Under the pieces are notes generated by a model that was not told the DNA's origin, did no database searches, and saw only the letters and a list, made by a program, of their open reading frames with translations. DNA of 64,000 nucleotides from Octopus vulgaris. Lineage: Eukaryota. The DNA is taken from NCBI GenBank assembly GCA_951406725.2, contig OX597814.1:204228001-204292000 (forward strand), given 5' to 3'. The translations under genes were made by a program, and so were the position numbers. Positions 1 through 12,249 of this stretch are shown piece by piece; position 1 is the first letter of the stretch; each line of letters opens with the position of its first letter.

Positions 1-180
1 CTAAGCCACGCGCCTCCACTATATATATATATATATAATTTTGGGAAAACAAATTTCCAAATCAATCATGTACAACCCTTTAGCATTGCATGTACCAGCA
101 TATCATACAGTGGGGTCTTGATTATCATATGTTTATATATTTATCTAGAAATATACAAAATATATAATAGAAATCAATAA

Positions 181-380
181 TAATTCAGTTTTGGGGATTA
201 ATAGATATGCGGGTGTGCTATTTCAGATAATACAAAAAAAAATAACCTAATGAGTATATCTGAAGGTAAACTCATCACGTGCAAATAGATACGAGTTTAC
301 CTTCAGATATACTTATTAGGTAATGTTTTTTTGTATTATCTGAAATAGAATACCTGCATATCTATTAATCCCCAAAACTG

Positions 381-385
<5 letters not shown>
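181..385. repeat. Fold-back palindrome, ~93-bp arms with 19-nt spacer (MITE-like)
   Basis: 181-273 (taattcagttttggggattaatagatatgc...ctgaaggtaaactc) is the near-exact reverse complement of 293-385; runs into (TA)n. Confidence 0.9.

Positions 386-443
<58 letters not shown>
384..443. repeat. (TA)n microsatellite
   Basis: Pure TA run. Confidence 0.95.
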
Positions 444-446
<3 letters not shown>

Positions 447-646
447 TCTTTAACTCTTTTATTTGTTTCAGTCATTTGACTGTGGCCATGCTGGAGCTCT
501 GCCTTTAGTCAAGCAAATCGACCTCAGGACTTATTCTTTGTAATGCTAGTTCTTATTCTATCAGTCTCTTTTGCTGAACCACTAAGTTACGGGGACGTAA
601 ACACACCAGCATCGGTTGTCAAGCAATGTTTGGGGGACAAACACAG

Positions 647-677
<31 letters not shown>

Positions 678-833
678 CGATGGGTTTCTTTCACTTTCTG
701 TCTACCAAATCCACTCACAAGGCTTTGGTCAGCCCAAGGCTATAATAGAAGACACTTGCCCAAGGTGCCACGCAGTGAGACTGAACCCAGAACCATGTGG
801 TTCGTAAGCAAGCTACTTACTACACAGCCACTC
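444..833 (-). mobile_element. tRNA-derived SINE family A (CORE-like, Octopus OR-type)
   Basis: Reverse complement of the full copy at 51499-51910: tRNA-like head, GGCACCTTGGGCAAGTGTCTT segment, internal (TA)/(TG) tract, AAAGAGT-type tail. Confidence 0.85.
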
Positions 834-1398
834 ATATATGTATATATAAAATGGCAAGTTCAGGGTGAATAATCCAGGATCCAATCTGATTCCAGTTTAT
901 AACCTTAGATCATCAAAATTAGAATTTAAATTTACCCCTCTATCCCTCTAGAACTAATATTTAATTACAACAGTAGCCACACATAGAACTTGCATACCAA
1001 CCCAAGACATGTATTTTTGTCTTGTTCTTTTAATACTTTTGAAAAGGAGTCTCTTACACAAAATATCAGGGCCAATTATATATTTCTAAAGTATCTTCTT
1101 AATATCTTTATTATTATTATTATCGTTATTGGTGTCACTGTTGTTGTTGTTATTGATGTTTAATATAACGATTACTGTACCCTTCTACAACCCACTGTTT
1201 TCAACAAATTAAGTTATATATTCATCAGTTTAAACATATTAAGTGAAAAAAAATGATCCAAATTCAGGACTATTCTTCCTTTCATCTCTTCAGAAGAAAC
1301 AAAATATTCAAATTAGATATGAAAACTGCATTTATTAAAGGTGTTTATCTTTATTAGTTTTAGTATTTCTCAGAATATCATACAAGAGAATTACTTAC

Positions 1399-1595
1399 TA
1401 TTTCTGTAACACTAGCAAGAAATTGTTGGAGATACACACTTAAATTTTCTGGTTTCATTGAGCCCAATGTTAGATATTCTACCTTTAATTTCCCATGGTA
1501 GTTGTCTACTTCTTTAGCATGTTTCCACATAGTTCTAATTATGGCAATGCACAGAGACAATTCCAAGTATCTAGAACATTTCTTATATGAAGTAC
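1399..1595 (-). CDS. Candidate isolated coding exon (197 nt), product unknown
   Basis: Acceptor ttttattctttgttgcaatcttAG, donor ATA|GTAAGT, open frame GTSYKKCSRYLELSLCIAIIRTMWKH...LQQFLASVTEI in non-repetitive sequence; no family recognised. Confidence 0.3.
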
Positions 1596-2664
1596 CTAAG
1601 ATTGCAACAAAGAATAAAATATGCAAAATCTACTTCAGGTGAGATGAAGTATTTACCAGAATAATCTCTCTTGTGACAGTTTCTTTTGCCTAAACAAGCT
1701 TTTTTCTTTTTGTTAGTTATTTCTTCATATGACATTAATGAGAAACTCCATTATTTCACAGGCATTATACTTAGTACCAGTAAATGTTCAGAAAGAATTT
1801 TCAGTCAAGAAAATAAATAATCTTTTTGGAACTATTCTGTAGATTTTATTGTAATATATTATTCTCATTTCTTTTTAAACAGAGAATAAAAGATAGGACA
1901 TATATTCTAATTACCGATTCTGCATAGGATATATTTATGTGCAACAACAATGATGCAATATTATCAAATAAAAATATGCAATATATCATTGCTGTTATCA
2001 TCAATTAGAATCTGTTTCCTATGCTGGCATGGATTGGCTGGTTTGACAAGGATCTAGTGAGCCACAAGGCTGCATCATGCTCCCGGTCAGCTTTGACTAA
2101 ATGTTTTTCCTTAAGCCACTTCAACTAGGTGCTTCTTTTCATGCCACCGGTTAGACGGGGTTACCAAGTAACTTGCAAGATGGAAGGATAAGAAATGGAG
2201 AAAGGCAAGCAAAAGTCTCTTGAGTAAGTGGGGTGGGTGAGAGGGTGGAAAGGATGCATAAATATATGTACATAACCCCTATCACTAATCCACTCCCTTT
2301 TCCCTGTCCCCTGCAATACTCCTGTGATACTCTCCCAGTTAGTCACCACAATATTATTCTATTAATCTCTTCTTTACTATATTATCACAACTATAAAATT
2401 GTTCCTTTCATCTTACCATTTCTCATTCCTTCATCTAGAATCATCACTTGCACTCTCTTTTAGTCTCCTTCATGTATAGGGGCCACTTTTGACCTTTACC
2501 CTTGAAAGTTAGGAAGTGATCTTTACCAGTGCTGATGACATGGAAAAAGTACCCAGTGCATTCTGTAAAGTAGTTGACATTAGCTCCTGTCAAACCATCC
2601 AACACATGCCAGCAAGAAGAAAGGGCAGTAAATGATAATGATGATGATGATTGTTATTATTATT

Positions 2665-3385
2665 GTTATTTTGATTTGGCTCAGGTTTGGTCTTATTCCT
2701 AGTAGGAATTATGTGAATAGTGGGTTACTTACCTGTAACTTTGGGTATCCACAAGTTTTTGGCAGTCTTTCAAGTCCTTAGAACCCTCCTGATAATCCTT
2801 GCTGTACCTAAGAGACAAACTTTCTGTAGAAGCTCTATCGGGTATTCTATTTCAACATCCTTCAGCCATTTGTCTATATTTTGGTTTCCTGTTCCCAACA
2901 CACCAATTATTACAGGCACAACCTTTACTGTTCATATGTTCCAAATTTTCCCTATTTCAAACTTTAAGGGATTGTATTTTTTTGTTTGTTTTTCTTCCAC
3001 TTTCTTTACAATCCTGGAATCAAATGGACATGATGGATCGATAAGTAAACTTCACTTTTCCTTATCTACAAACATTATGTCTGGTCTATTATTTTCTAAT
3101 TTCTTGTCCATTTGAATAGGCAAGTCCCACAAAATCTTACATTTCTCCGACTCCAGTACTCTTTCAACTCAATGATTGTACCATGTGTTTCCAGCTTTAA
3201 ATCCCCATCTCTGGCACAGTTTCCAGTGCATAACTTTTAAAACCTGGTCGTGCCTCCATTTCCCATTTTCTTCCTGTGCTAACTTGGGGCATTCTTCCAC
3301 AATGTGTGCCACTGTCTCATTCCAGATTCCACAGGCTCTACATTTTTCTGACACATTCTCGCCATATATATTTTTTCTCAAGTTG
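2665..3385 (-). mobile_element. R4/Dong-type non-LTR retrotransposon, 3' remnant (CCHC + restriction-like endonuclease)
   Basis: CRACGIWNETVAHIVEEC zinc knuckle, RHDQV motif, then KILWDLPIQMDKKLENNRPDI; ends beside an (AAT)n-like tract. Confidence 0.85.
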
Positions 3386-3417
3386 TTTACATTTATTGAT
3401 GATGGTGATGATTAAAA

Positions 3418-4176
3418 GTGGTGAGCTAGCAGAATAGTTAGCACACAGAACAAATTGCTTAGTAGTATTTCTTCAAGATTTATGTTCTTAGTTCAAATTC
3501 TGTCATGGTCAACTTTGCTTTTCCTCCTTTTGAGGTTGATGAAATTGTAACTATGCTAATTCCAAACCCCATTTTAATATCCTTTTATTGTGGCGGCCAT
3601 GTGATGTTGTAAAGAAGCCATTCTCCACACCTCATTACTCAGTTGCAGCAAAATAAGGTACCAGCCAAGTACTACGTTCTATGCAATTTACAGATTCCTT
3701 TCCCCTGAACTTACTGACTTTGTGCTAAAATTTTAAATCATCATTAGGATGGCAAGCTAGCAGAATCATTAGCATGTTGGACAAAATGCTTAGCAGTATT
3801 TCTTCAATCTCTTTACATTCTGAATTCAAATTCCAATGAGGTCAGCTTTTCCTTTCATCCTCATGAGAAAATAAGTGTCAGTTGAGCACTGGGGTTCATG
3901 TAATACACTCATCCCTTCCCCTAAAATTGTTGGACTTGTGCCAAAGTTTGAAGTCATTTAAGGTGGCAAGCTAACTGAATCATTAACACACCAGGCAAAA
4001 TGCTTCGTGACATATCATCCATCTTTATGTTCTGAGTTCAAATTCTGCCGAGGTCAACTTTGCCTTTCATCCTTTCTGAGTCAATAAAATAAGTACCAGT
4101 TTAGTTCTGAGGTCAATGTATTTGACTTATCCCCTCCCACAAAGCTGCTAGCCTTGTGCCAAAATTTGAAACCATT
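3418..4176 (+). mobile_element. Cluster of three SINE family B copies (Nin-domain-like)
   Basis: GG.GAGCT.GCAGAAT..TTAGCA head and GAGGTCAACTTTGCCTTTCATCC body recur at ~3418, ~3749 and ~3962. Confidence 0.8.
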
Positions 4177-4278
4177 ATTAATTTTTTTACTGTTGGATTG
4201 CTTTTTACAAATAGAGGCCATCAACGAATTTCTTGGATTCTGGATTTTTAACTTATACAGTCTGAATATGACTCCCTT

Positions 4279-5436
4279 ATCATCGTCATCATCATCATCG
4301 TCATCATTTAATGTCTGCTTTCCATGTTGGCATGGGTTAGACAGTTTGACTATGGACTGGCAAGCCGGGAGGCCGCACCAGGCTCCAATCTGATCTGGCA
4401 ATGTTTCTACAGCTGGATGCCCTTCCTAACACCAACCACTCCAAGAGTGTAGTGTGTGCTCTCTACGTGCCACCAGCATGGGAGCCAGTCAGGCAGCACT
4501 GGCATCGGCCATGTTTGAATGGTGCTTTTTACGTGCAACCAGCACAGGGAGCTAGTCAGGCAGCACTGGCAACAACCCACGCATGCATGGTGCTTATTGC
4601 ATGCCACCAGCACGAGAGCCAATCAGGCAGTGCTAGCATTGACCACAACTACAGTTTCCATTTGATTGTGATTTGATTTGATTTTGATTTTGATTTTACT
4701 TAACTCAGTAGATCTCCTCAAGCACGGCATGTCGCCCGAAGATCCCAAGGTACTTTTTAAGTGGGCTGGTTTTGTGATACTGGTATAGGCTATGCCTGTG
4801 ATCTCACTTTATTTGCACGAGTCTTCTCAATCACAGCATATCTCCAGAGGTCTCAGTCTTTCGTCATTGCCTCTGTGAAGCCCAATGTTCAAAGGTCATG
4901 CTTCACCACTTCATCCCATGGTTCCTTCCATGGTTCCTTCCACTGTTAAGGAGTGACACTTCTTCACACAGCTCTCCTCACCCATACACAGCACATGACC
5001 ATACCAGCGCCATCATCTCTCTTGCACACCACAGATGATGCTTCTTATGTCCAACATTTCCTTCAGGGCGCTTACACTCTGAGCAAGAGGCCCTTTGTTA
5101 CCAGCAGAAGTAGGAGCTTTCTGAACTTTGCCCAGGCTATTTTTATTCTAGTGGCAATGCTGTCTGAGCATCCACTCCCACTACAGACTTGGTCACCTAG
5201 GTAGTAGAAGCTATCAACTACTTCTAGTTTCCCCCCCTGGCATGTGATGGAATCAGTTTTTTGAACATCTGCAGTGTTTACTGCCCCTGTGCATCTGCCG
5301 CACATGAAAGCTATCTTCCCGGTTAACCTTCCTTTGATGTTGTTGCACCTTTTATGTGTCCATAGCTTACACTAGATACATCTTATGGAGTTTCTACCTA
5401 CACCTTTTCTACAGATCGAACAGAGCCATCTATCTC
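4279..5436 (-). mobile_element. RTE LINE, 5'-truncated copy
   Basis: ORF 5072-5305 (CGRC...KLEVVDSFYYLGDQV) matches 7239-8132; shared 3' UTR and (GAT)n tail. Confidence 0.92.
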
Positions 5437-6253
5437 AGTTTCTTTATAAATACATTGTAAAAGAGAAGTCTTGAAAAGTCATAAATAGATAAACAAAATT
5501 TTAGATAACCCATTTAGCTATCTCTGATGAAATGCAACACATTCTTAGAAGCTTAAGAAAATCCCTGTAGAGTTTGGTTCAGTGAAAAAATGCACTCTTA
5601 GAGAAATTGTTATAAAACAAAACATTGAAATCAAAGAAATAATGTGATGCTGAACATATGACAGAATGAAGCATGGAAACATGGCAGAGATTAAAGACTT
5701 TTTGTTTTCCTAAAAGGGTCCATAATATGGGATAATTTGCTATCGTGTGTAGAAGGTAGCTTATGGAAAGACATTATGCGGAATAATCTGAAGGAAATGC
5801 ATTATAATTATTAATAAAAAGGTTGGGAATTGTCAGAGCAGCTTGTAGATTTGACAGATAATCTATCGTCTGTGTAAAGAATTGAAGAGAATCTGTGAGG
5901 AGAGAAAGAAAGAGCAACAATATCCACAAACATCATCAGCAACATCAAAACCATAATGCAAAACATGCAAAAAGGCAAAATAATTGCTTAGTAAATCTGA
6001 ATTGGTTTCTACATTTTGAATCTATTTATCTCTCACTCTCTCTCTTTCTCTCTTTTCTCTCTGTCTCTCTCTATTTATCTATATAGATAAAGAGATATAA
6101 ATGTGTGTGTGTGTGTGTGTGCACATATGCACAAGTGTGCATGCGTGCATGTGTATGAATACACACACACAAAAAAACAAACACAAGCATATAATATATA
6201 TATGTGTAAATACATGCATTTTTATTTACATATCAATTTAGCTATATATGTAT

Positions 6254-8132
6254 AGGATGAAAGACTTGAGGTATTTCGTGTTGCAAGACAGTGTGTGAGA
6301 GAGAATCGTGATGTGGTAGGAGAGAAGTGTGTTCGCATGGATGATGGTTCACTTGCGCTAAATGAGGAAGCAAAGAGAGAGGTTTGGAGATGCCACTATG
6401 AAAGGTTGCTGAATAAAGAAAATGAATGGGATAAAGAGAGTCTGCCGAATGTTGACCCAACAGAGGGACCAGCTATCCGAGTTGATAGTGCCGTGGTAGC
6501 TAAGGCAATTAGAAGCATGAAGACAGGGAAAGCCCCAGGCCCATCAGGAATTACTGCAGAGATGCTCAAAATATCTGGCAGTGTCGGCTATAACCTAGTC
6601 ACCCGTATAGTCAACCAGGTGATACACGAAGGAGTCATACCCAATGACTGGTGTAGCAGCATACTAGTCAACTGCTACAAAGGTAAAGGTGATGCCCTAG
6701 ATACAAATAATTACAGAGGTATCAAGCTGTTGGATCAGGTAATGAAGGTTACGGAGAGGGTCATAGCCCAACTAATTAGAGAGAGAGTTAGTTTAGATGA
6801 GATGCAGTTTGGGTTTGTGCCAGGGAAAAGCACCACTGATGCTATATTCCTGGTAAGGCAGCTGCAGGAGAAATACCTAGCCAAAGATAAGCCCCTGTAC
6901 CTGGCTTTTGTTGACATGGAGAAAGCCTTTGATAGGGTCCCCCGATCCCTCATCTGGTGGTCAATGAGGAAACTAGGGATAGATGATTGGCTGGTGAGGG
7001 CTGTGCAAGCCATGTACAGAGATGCCGTAAGCAAGGTTAGGGTTGGCAACATGTACACAGAAGAATTCAAAGTAGAGGTTGGGGTCCACCAGGGCTCAGT
7101 ACTCAGCCCCTCCTATTTATCATAGTCCTCCAGGCAATAACAGAGGAATTCAAGACAGGTTGCCCCTGGGAGCTCCTCTATGCTGACGACCTCGCTCTAA
7201 TTGCTGAGTCACTATCAGAACTGGAGGAGAAGTTCCAGGTGTGGAAGGAGGGTTTAGAATCGAGGGGCCTTAGAGTCAACCTAGCTAAAACCAAAGTACT
7301 AATAAGTAGAAAGGTAGGCAACCCACAAATGTCCTCAGGAAGATGGCCCTGCTCGATCTGTAGAAAAGGTGTAGGTAGAAACTCTATAAGATGTACCCAG
7401 TGTAAGCTATGGACACATAAGAGGTGCAGCAATGTCAAAGGTAGGCTAACTGGGAAGACAGTCTTTATATGTGGCAGATGCTCGGGAGCATTGACCTCCG
7501 AAAATCTGCAGAAAACAACTTCCGTCACTTTCCAGGGGGAAAAATTAGAAGTAGTTGATAGCTTCCGTTATCTAGGTGACCAAGTCAGTAGTAGGGGTGG
7601 GTGCGCTGAGAGTGTAACTGCTAGAATAAGAATAGCCTGGGCAAAGTTTAGGGAGCTCTTACCTCTGCTGGTGACTAAAGGCCTCTCGCTCAGAGTAAAG
7701 GGCAGACTGTATGATGCATGTATTCGAACTGCCATGCTACATGGCAGTGAAACATGGGCCGTGACTGCTGAGGACATGCGTAAGCTCATGAGGAATGAAG
7801 CCAGTATGCTCCGATGGATGTGTAATGTCAGTGTACTTACTCGACAGAGTGTTAGTTCCCTAAGAGAAATGTTGTACCTAAGAAGCATCAGTTGTTGCGT
7901 GCAAGAGAGACGATTGCGATGGTATGGTCATGTGGCGAGAATGGATGAAGATAGGTGTGTGAGAAAGTGCCAATCCCTAGCAGTTGAGGGAACCCGTGGA
8001 AGAGGTAGACCCAGGAAAACCTGGGACGAGGTGGTGAAGCACGACCTTCGAACGTTAGGTCTCACCATGGAAATGACCAGAGACCGAGACCTATGGAAGT
8101 ATGCTGTGCGTGAGAAGACCCGGCAAGACTAG
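6254..8132 (+). pseudogene. RTE reverse transcriptase ORF with one -1 frameshift and an internal PHD-like finger
   Basis: ORFs 6295-7125 and 7239-8132 join if one C is added to the C-run at 7107-7110; YADD at 7179-7190; no endonuclease domain present. Confidence 0.92.
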
Positions 8133-8368
8133 TGAAGCCATAACCCGTGGCCCCTACCTGGGACGTAGTCAGTCTGCCTGTGCATACCTTCCTGCTTGTG
8201 ACACTTGTGAAGACCTGTTGAGGGAAATCAAATCAAGTCAAATCGAATCAGGTCAGACAAAATCAAAATAGATGAACATCAATGGAATTTGTATCCTTGT
8301 GGTACCAGTGCCGGCGGCACATAAGAAAACCATCTGAACGGGACCGTAGCCAGTACCGCAAACACCGT

Positions 8369-8548
8369 CCGAGCATGGCCGTCTGCCAGCCTCGTCTGGC
8401 ACCTGTGTCGGTGGCACATAAAAACACTATCCGAGCGTGGCCGTCTGCCAGCCTCGTCTGGCACCTGTGTCGGTGGCACATAAAAACACCATCCGAGCGT
8501 GGCCGTTCGCCAGCCTCGTCTGGCACCTGTGTCGGTGGCACATAAAAT
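8369..8548 (+). repeat. 62-bp tandem repeat x3 in RTE 3' UTR
   Basis: Units start at 8369, 8431, 8493 (ccgagcgtggccgtctgccagcctcgtctggcacctgtgtcggtggcacataaaa...). Confidence 0.95.
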
Positions 8549-9252
8549 CACCCACTACACTCTCGGAGTGGTTGGCGTTAGGAAGGGCATCCAGCTGTAG
8601 AAACACTGCCAGATCTGACTGGCCTGGTGCAGCCTTCGGGCTCCCCAGACCCCAGTTGAACCGTCCAACCCATGCTAGCATGGAAAGCGGACGTTAAACG
8701 ACGATGATGATGATGATGATGATATGTATGTATGTATGTATGTATAAGAAAAAAGAAAACAGAGAAATTGACATACAGACATTAATTTATTAAAACAAAA
8801 CCAGTTTGTTTCGAACAATATCAAACTCATAGAACCTACAATTGTTTCCATGTCCAATTATATATATATCATCATCATCGTTTAACGTCCGTTTTCTGTA
8901 CTAGTACGGGTTGGACAGTTCGACTGAGGTCTGGGAAGCCAGGAGGCTGCACTAGGCTCCATATTTAGTTTCATTCTCTCCCTGAATTACCTACCTATTT
9001 ATCTAACCCTTTCTCTCTAATTCTAAATTCAAATACATGTATTTATATATATGTGTGTGTGTATATGTATGTGTGTGCGTATGTGTATATGTATTTGTGT
9101 GTATGTATATCTATCTATCTATCTATCTATCTAAACAAGATAGGAAGGGCATCCAGCCGTAAAAACCATGCCAAAACAGACTCAGAAGCATGGTGCAGGG
9201 CTCCTGTTAAACCATCCAACCCATGCCAGCATGAAACAATTACATTAAATGA

Positions 9253-9286
<34 letters not shown>

Positions 9287-9309
9287 GATGATATATATAT
9301 ATGTGTGTG

Positions 9310-9341
<32 letters not shown>

Positions 9342-9360
9342 CATTTCTTTAACAAGTCTA

Positions 9361-9458
9361 CTAATGACAGTGAGTTTCAAGTTTCTGCCTGCTATGTCAT
9401 CATCAGAAAGTTTGATGGTGGCTTAACTGGCCAAAATTTCAAACTCACTGTCAATACT
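9361..9458. repeat. Imperfect palindrome carrying a decayed hammerhead-like core
   Basis: tgacagtgagtttcaagttt ... aaatttcaaactcactgtca; minus strand reads CTGATGA...GAAACtcactGTC. Confidence 0.55.
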
Positions 9459-9904
9459 ATTCTTGCAAAAGAATAATGATTTGCCCTCTAACAAATGTAG
9501 GGTGACCCTTTCGATTTATGTAAAATTGTTTTTGTTATAACATAAAAACAAACATAAATATATGTATGTATTATGTATATATATGAATGTATGTGTATTA
9601 CATATGCCATGTTAAAAGTTCCCAGTATATTCTGTAAAGTGTTTTGGCATTAGGTAGGGCGTCCAGCCATAAAAACTAAGCCTAATCAAACTGGAGCCTT
9701 GTGCAATTCTCTGGTTTGCTAGCTCTAGTCAAGCCTTCCAACCCATGCCAACACGAAAAACAAACGTTAAAGGATGATTATGATGATGATGTCAATGTGC
9801 ACATGTGCATGCACACACATGCACACAAGTACACATATTAAGATATACATTTGTACTCTCTCCTCCATTACAATGTATATGTGTGTGTCATCACTCATCT
9901 TTAA

Positions 9905-10100
9905 TATGTATATATATGCATGTATGTATATATGTATATATGTATGTATGCATGTATGCATATATGTGTGTGTGGTATGTATGTATGTATGCATGTATGT
10001 GTGTATGTATGTGTGTGTATGTATGTATGTATGTATGTATGTATGTATGTATGTATGTATGTATGTATGTATGTGTATCCATATACATACATGCATACAT
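9905..10100. repeat. (ATGT)n microsatellite
   Basis: Long GTAT run with degenerate flanks. Confidence 0.95.
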
Positions 10101-10269
10101 GATTCATTCACACATACATTCATTAATACATGCATACATAATTTATGCATCAATTCTTTCCCACCATCATTTTAGACACACACTTACACACTTACACAAA
10201 CATATACACATTTATAGAATGACATACATTTACATGCCTGCATGCATACACACATGCATATGTTGATTG

Positions 10270-10578
10270 CCTCACATTTCTGGGGAAGTTATTACATATA
10301 TAATATTCAGCAGCTGAACTGAAATGTCATCAAAGCACTACATAACCATGTGGCATGATATTCTTGTTAAATCAGTACACAATGCCATCTGTAGGAAGGG
10401 CTGTTCTGTGATAGATACTGAAAGTGCATCTGACAAAGAATATAAAATGTCTGTTGACACATTTCAACACAAGGAATATTGGAGGGATATCATCAACCAC
10501 CAGTACCTTCCTCTTGCCAAATATAAGCACAACAGTTCTAATATAGTTCTCTTGAATCATAATCAAAGCATACTTTCT

Positions 10579-10580
<2 letters not shown>
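10270..10580 (+). mobile_element. Decayed RLE-type non-LTR fragment
   Basis: MSSKHYITMWHDILVK...KEYWRDI...KHNSSNIVLLN resembles the RHD...W...HNRPDI series seen at 2665-3385; followed by (TTA)n. Confidence 0.55.
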
Positions 10581-10619
<39 letters not shown>

Positions 10620-10769
10620 TTAAATGTAGCTTCTCACTGGGGGGGCTTTAAAGCTACATTTTTAAAGGTGATGAGCTGGCAGAATCGTTAGCACACTGGG
10701 CAAAATGCTTAGCAGCATTTCGTCTGTCCTTACGATCTGGGTTCAAATTCAGCTGGATGTGTACACACA

Positions 10770-10847
<78 letters not shown>

Positions 10848-11394
10848 TTTGTGTGTGTTTGTATATACAATCCTCAGTATTAGCACAATTGATGAACTAT
10901 TAAACTCCACAATCAAGTGCCATTTACAATTCGGCTATCCACTTCCTCGTTTCCTCTGAATACCATAACTGGCCCCTCGTCATCACTGCCATCATGTTCT
11001 ACTGCTGCTACCCTTATCACAACTAAACAATAGCAATGACAAGATCAACATTGGAAGTCACTCTTCAATACTAAAACAGTTGTTGACCCATTAAACAATA
11101 CAGTCCCTAGCTCTTCTCCACAGTCAGGTCACTCAAATTCTTATCAGAATGACACAAGAGATCCATCATCACCATTGTCATCCTATTCTACTGCTACTAT
11201 GGTTACCACTACTACTACTCCAATTAGTGAAGGATCGCTCCCCCACCCCACTGTCCATCTCAATCTGAATGTATATCTGACAGCTCCATCATAAATCTGC
11301 CAACTGTAAATAAAATAAAATTATGAACACACAAAGCCTCAAAATATGCTGCTATTATCAACACTAGAGACTATGCATTCACAGTGACTGTAAC

Positions 11395-11685
11395 TTCACC
11401 CATTGGGCTTCACAGGGGCAATGACCAAGACCTTTGGCATTATGTTGTGCTTGAGAAGAAGACCCATCAGGTTGAGCAAAATCACAGTCATGACAGATAT
11501 CAGTGTCATGCAAACTGGCACCCATGCTGGTGGCATGTAAAAGCATCTTGGTGTCACATAAATGGCACCCATGTCAGTGGCACATAAAAGCACCTATTAT
11601 ACTCACAGAGTGGTTGGCATTAGGAAGGGCATCCAGCCATAGAAAACCATGCCAAGTCAGAGGACGTTTAATGATGATGATGAAG
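11395..11685 (+). mobile_element. RTE 3' end/UTR fragment
   Basis: gacctttggcattatgttgtgcttgagaagaagaccc...ggaagggcatccagcc...(GAT)n, homologous to 8085-8721. Confidence 0.8.
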
Positions 11686-12249
11686 ATACACAATTTGTAC
11701 AAGCAATACCAGCCAATGCCAAACTATGTATCTTACATCACCATCACCACCACCACCATTAAATACTAAATCACATTTAATAACTTCACATGTAACTAGG
11801 AATCCCAAAATCTGTTGCTATTCCCAACGCAAAAGATTATTTCTGATGTGTGACTGTCCTTTCACTCATCTTCCAGGGACTCAATGCACTAGTAAAAGAA
11901 TGACACCAAACCACCACCAAATCCACAGTAGAGACATCCCTTTCAGTGGCAGTGTTGGTCCAGACTTTCATCAAAACTCAGAAGTCACCCAAACATCTAC
12001 TGGGTACAATAGTAAAATCAACAGCCACAAACAATATAATTATAACTATTTTCAACCATGCAACCATACCAATTCCAAACAACAACCTCTCCCAACACAA
12101 GAAAATTCGTTTTTAGTGATGATGAGTCAGGCAAAAGAAAAAAAATGAAAAAGCTTCTAGCTCCCACAGAGCACCAACCACTGCTATTATAACCCCAGTG
12201 CACAACTACACCATTGGTGTCATTAACCAACAAACTCAACTCAATTATA

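Larger units (their letters stand above)
6254..8721 (+). mobile_element. RTE-clade LINE, 5'-truncated, young copy
   Basis: RT motifs KAPGPSG, YRGIKLL, QFGF, FVDMEKAFD, GVHQGSVLSP, YADD, YLG; RTE C-terminus RLRWYGHV...RGRGRPRKTW; (GAT)n tail; possible TSD atatgtat at 6246-6253 and 8722-8729. Confidence 0.97.

Noticed and set aside
2720-3115. Plus-strand membrane-protein-like ORF
   Set aside because: Antisense of the R4-type endonuclease remnant
5518-5562. CTGATGA...GAAGC hammerhead candidate (also CTGATGA at ~35539)
   Set aside because: Second box or stems missing; compatible with chance in (GAT)-rich DNA
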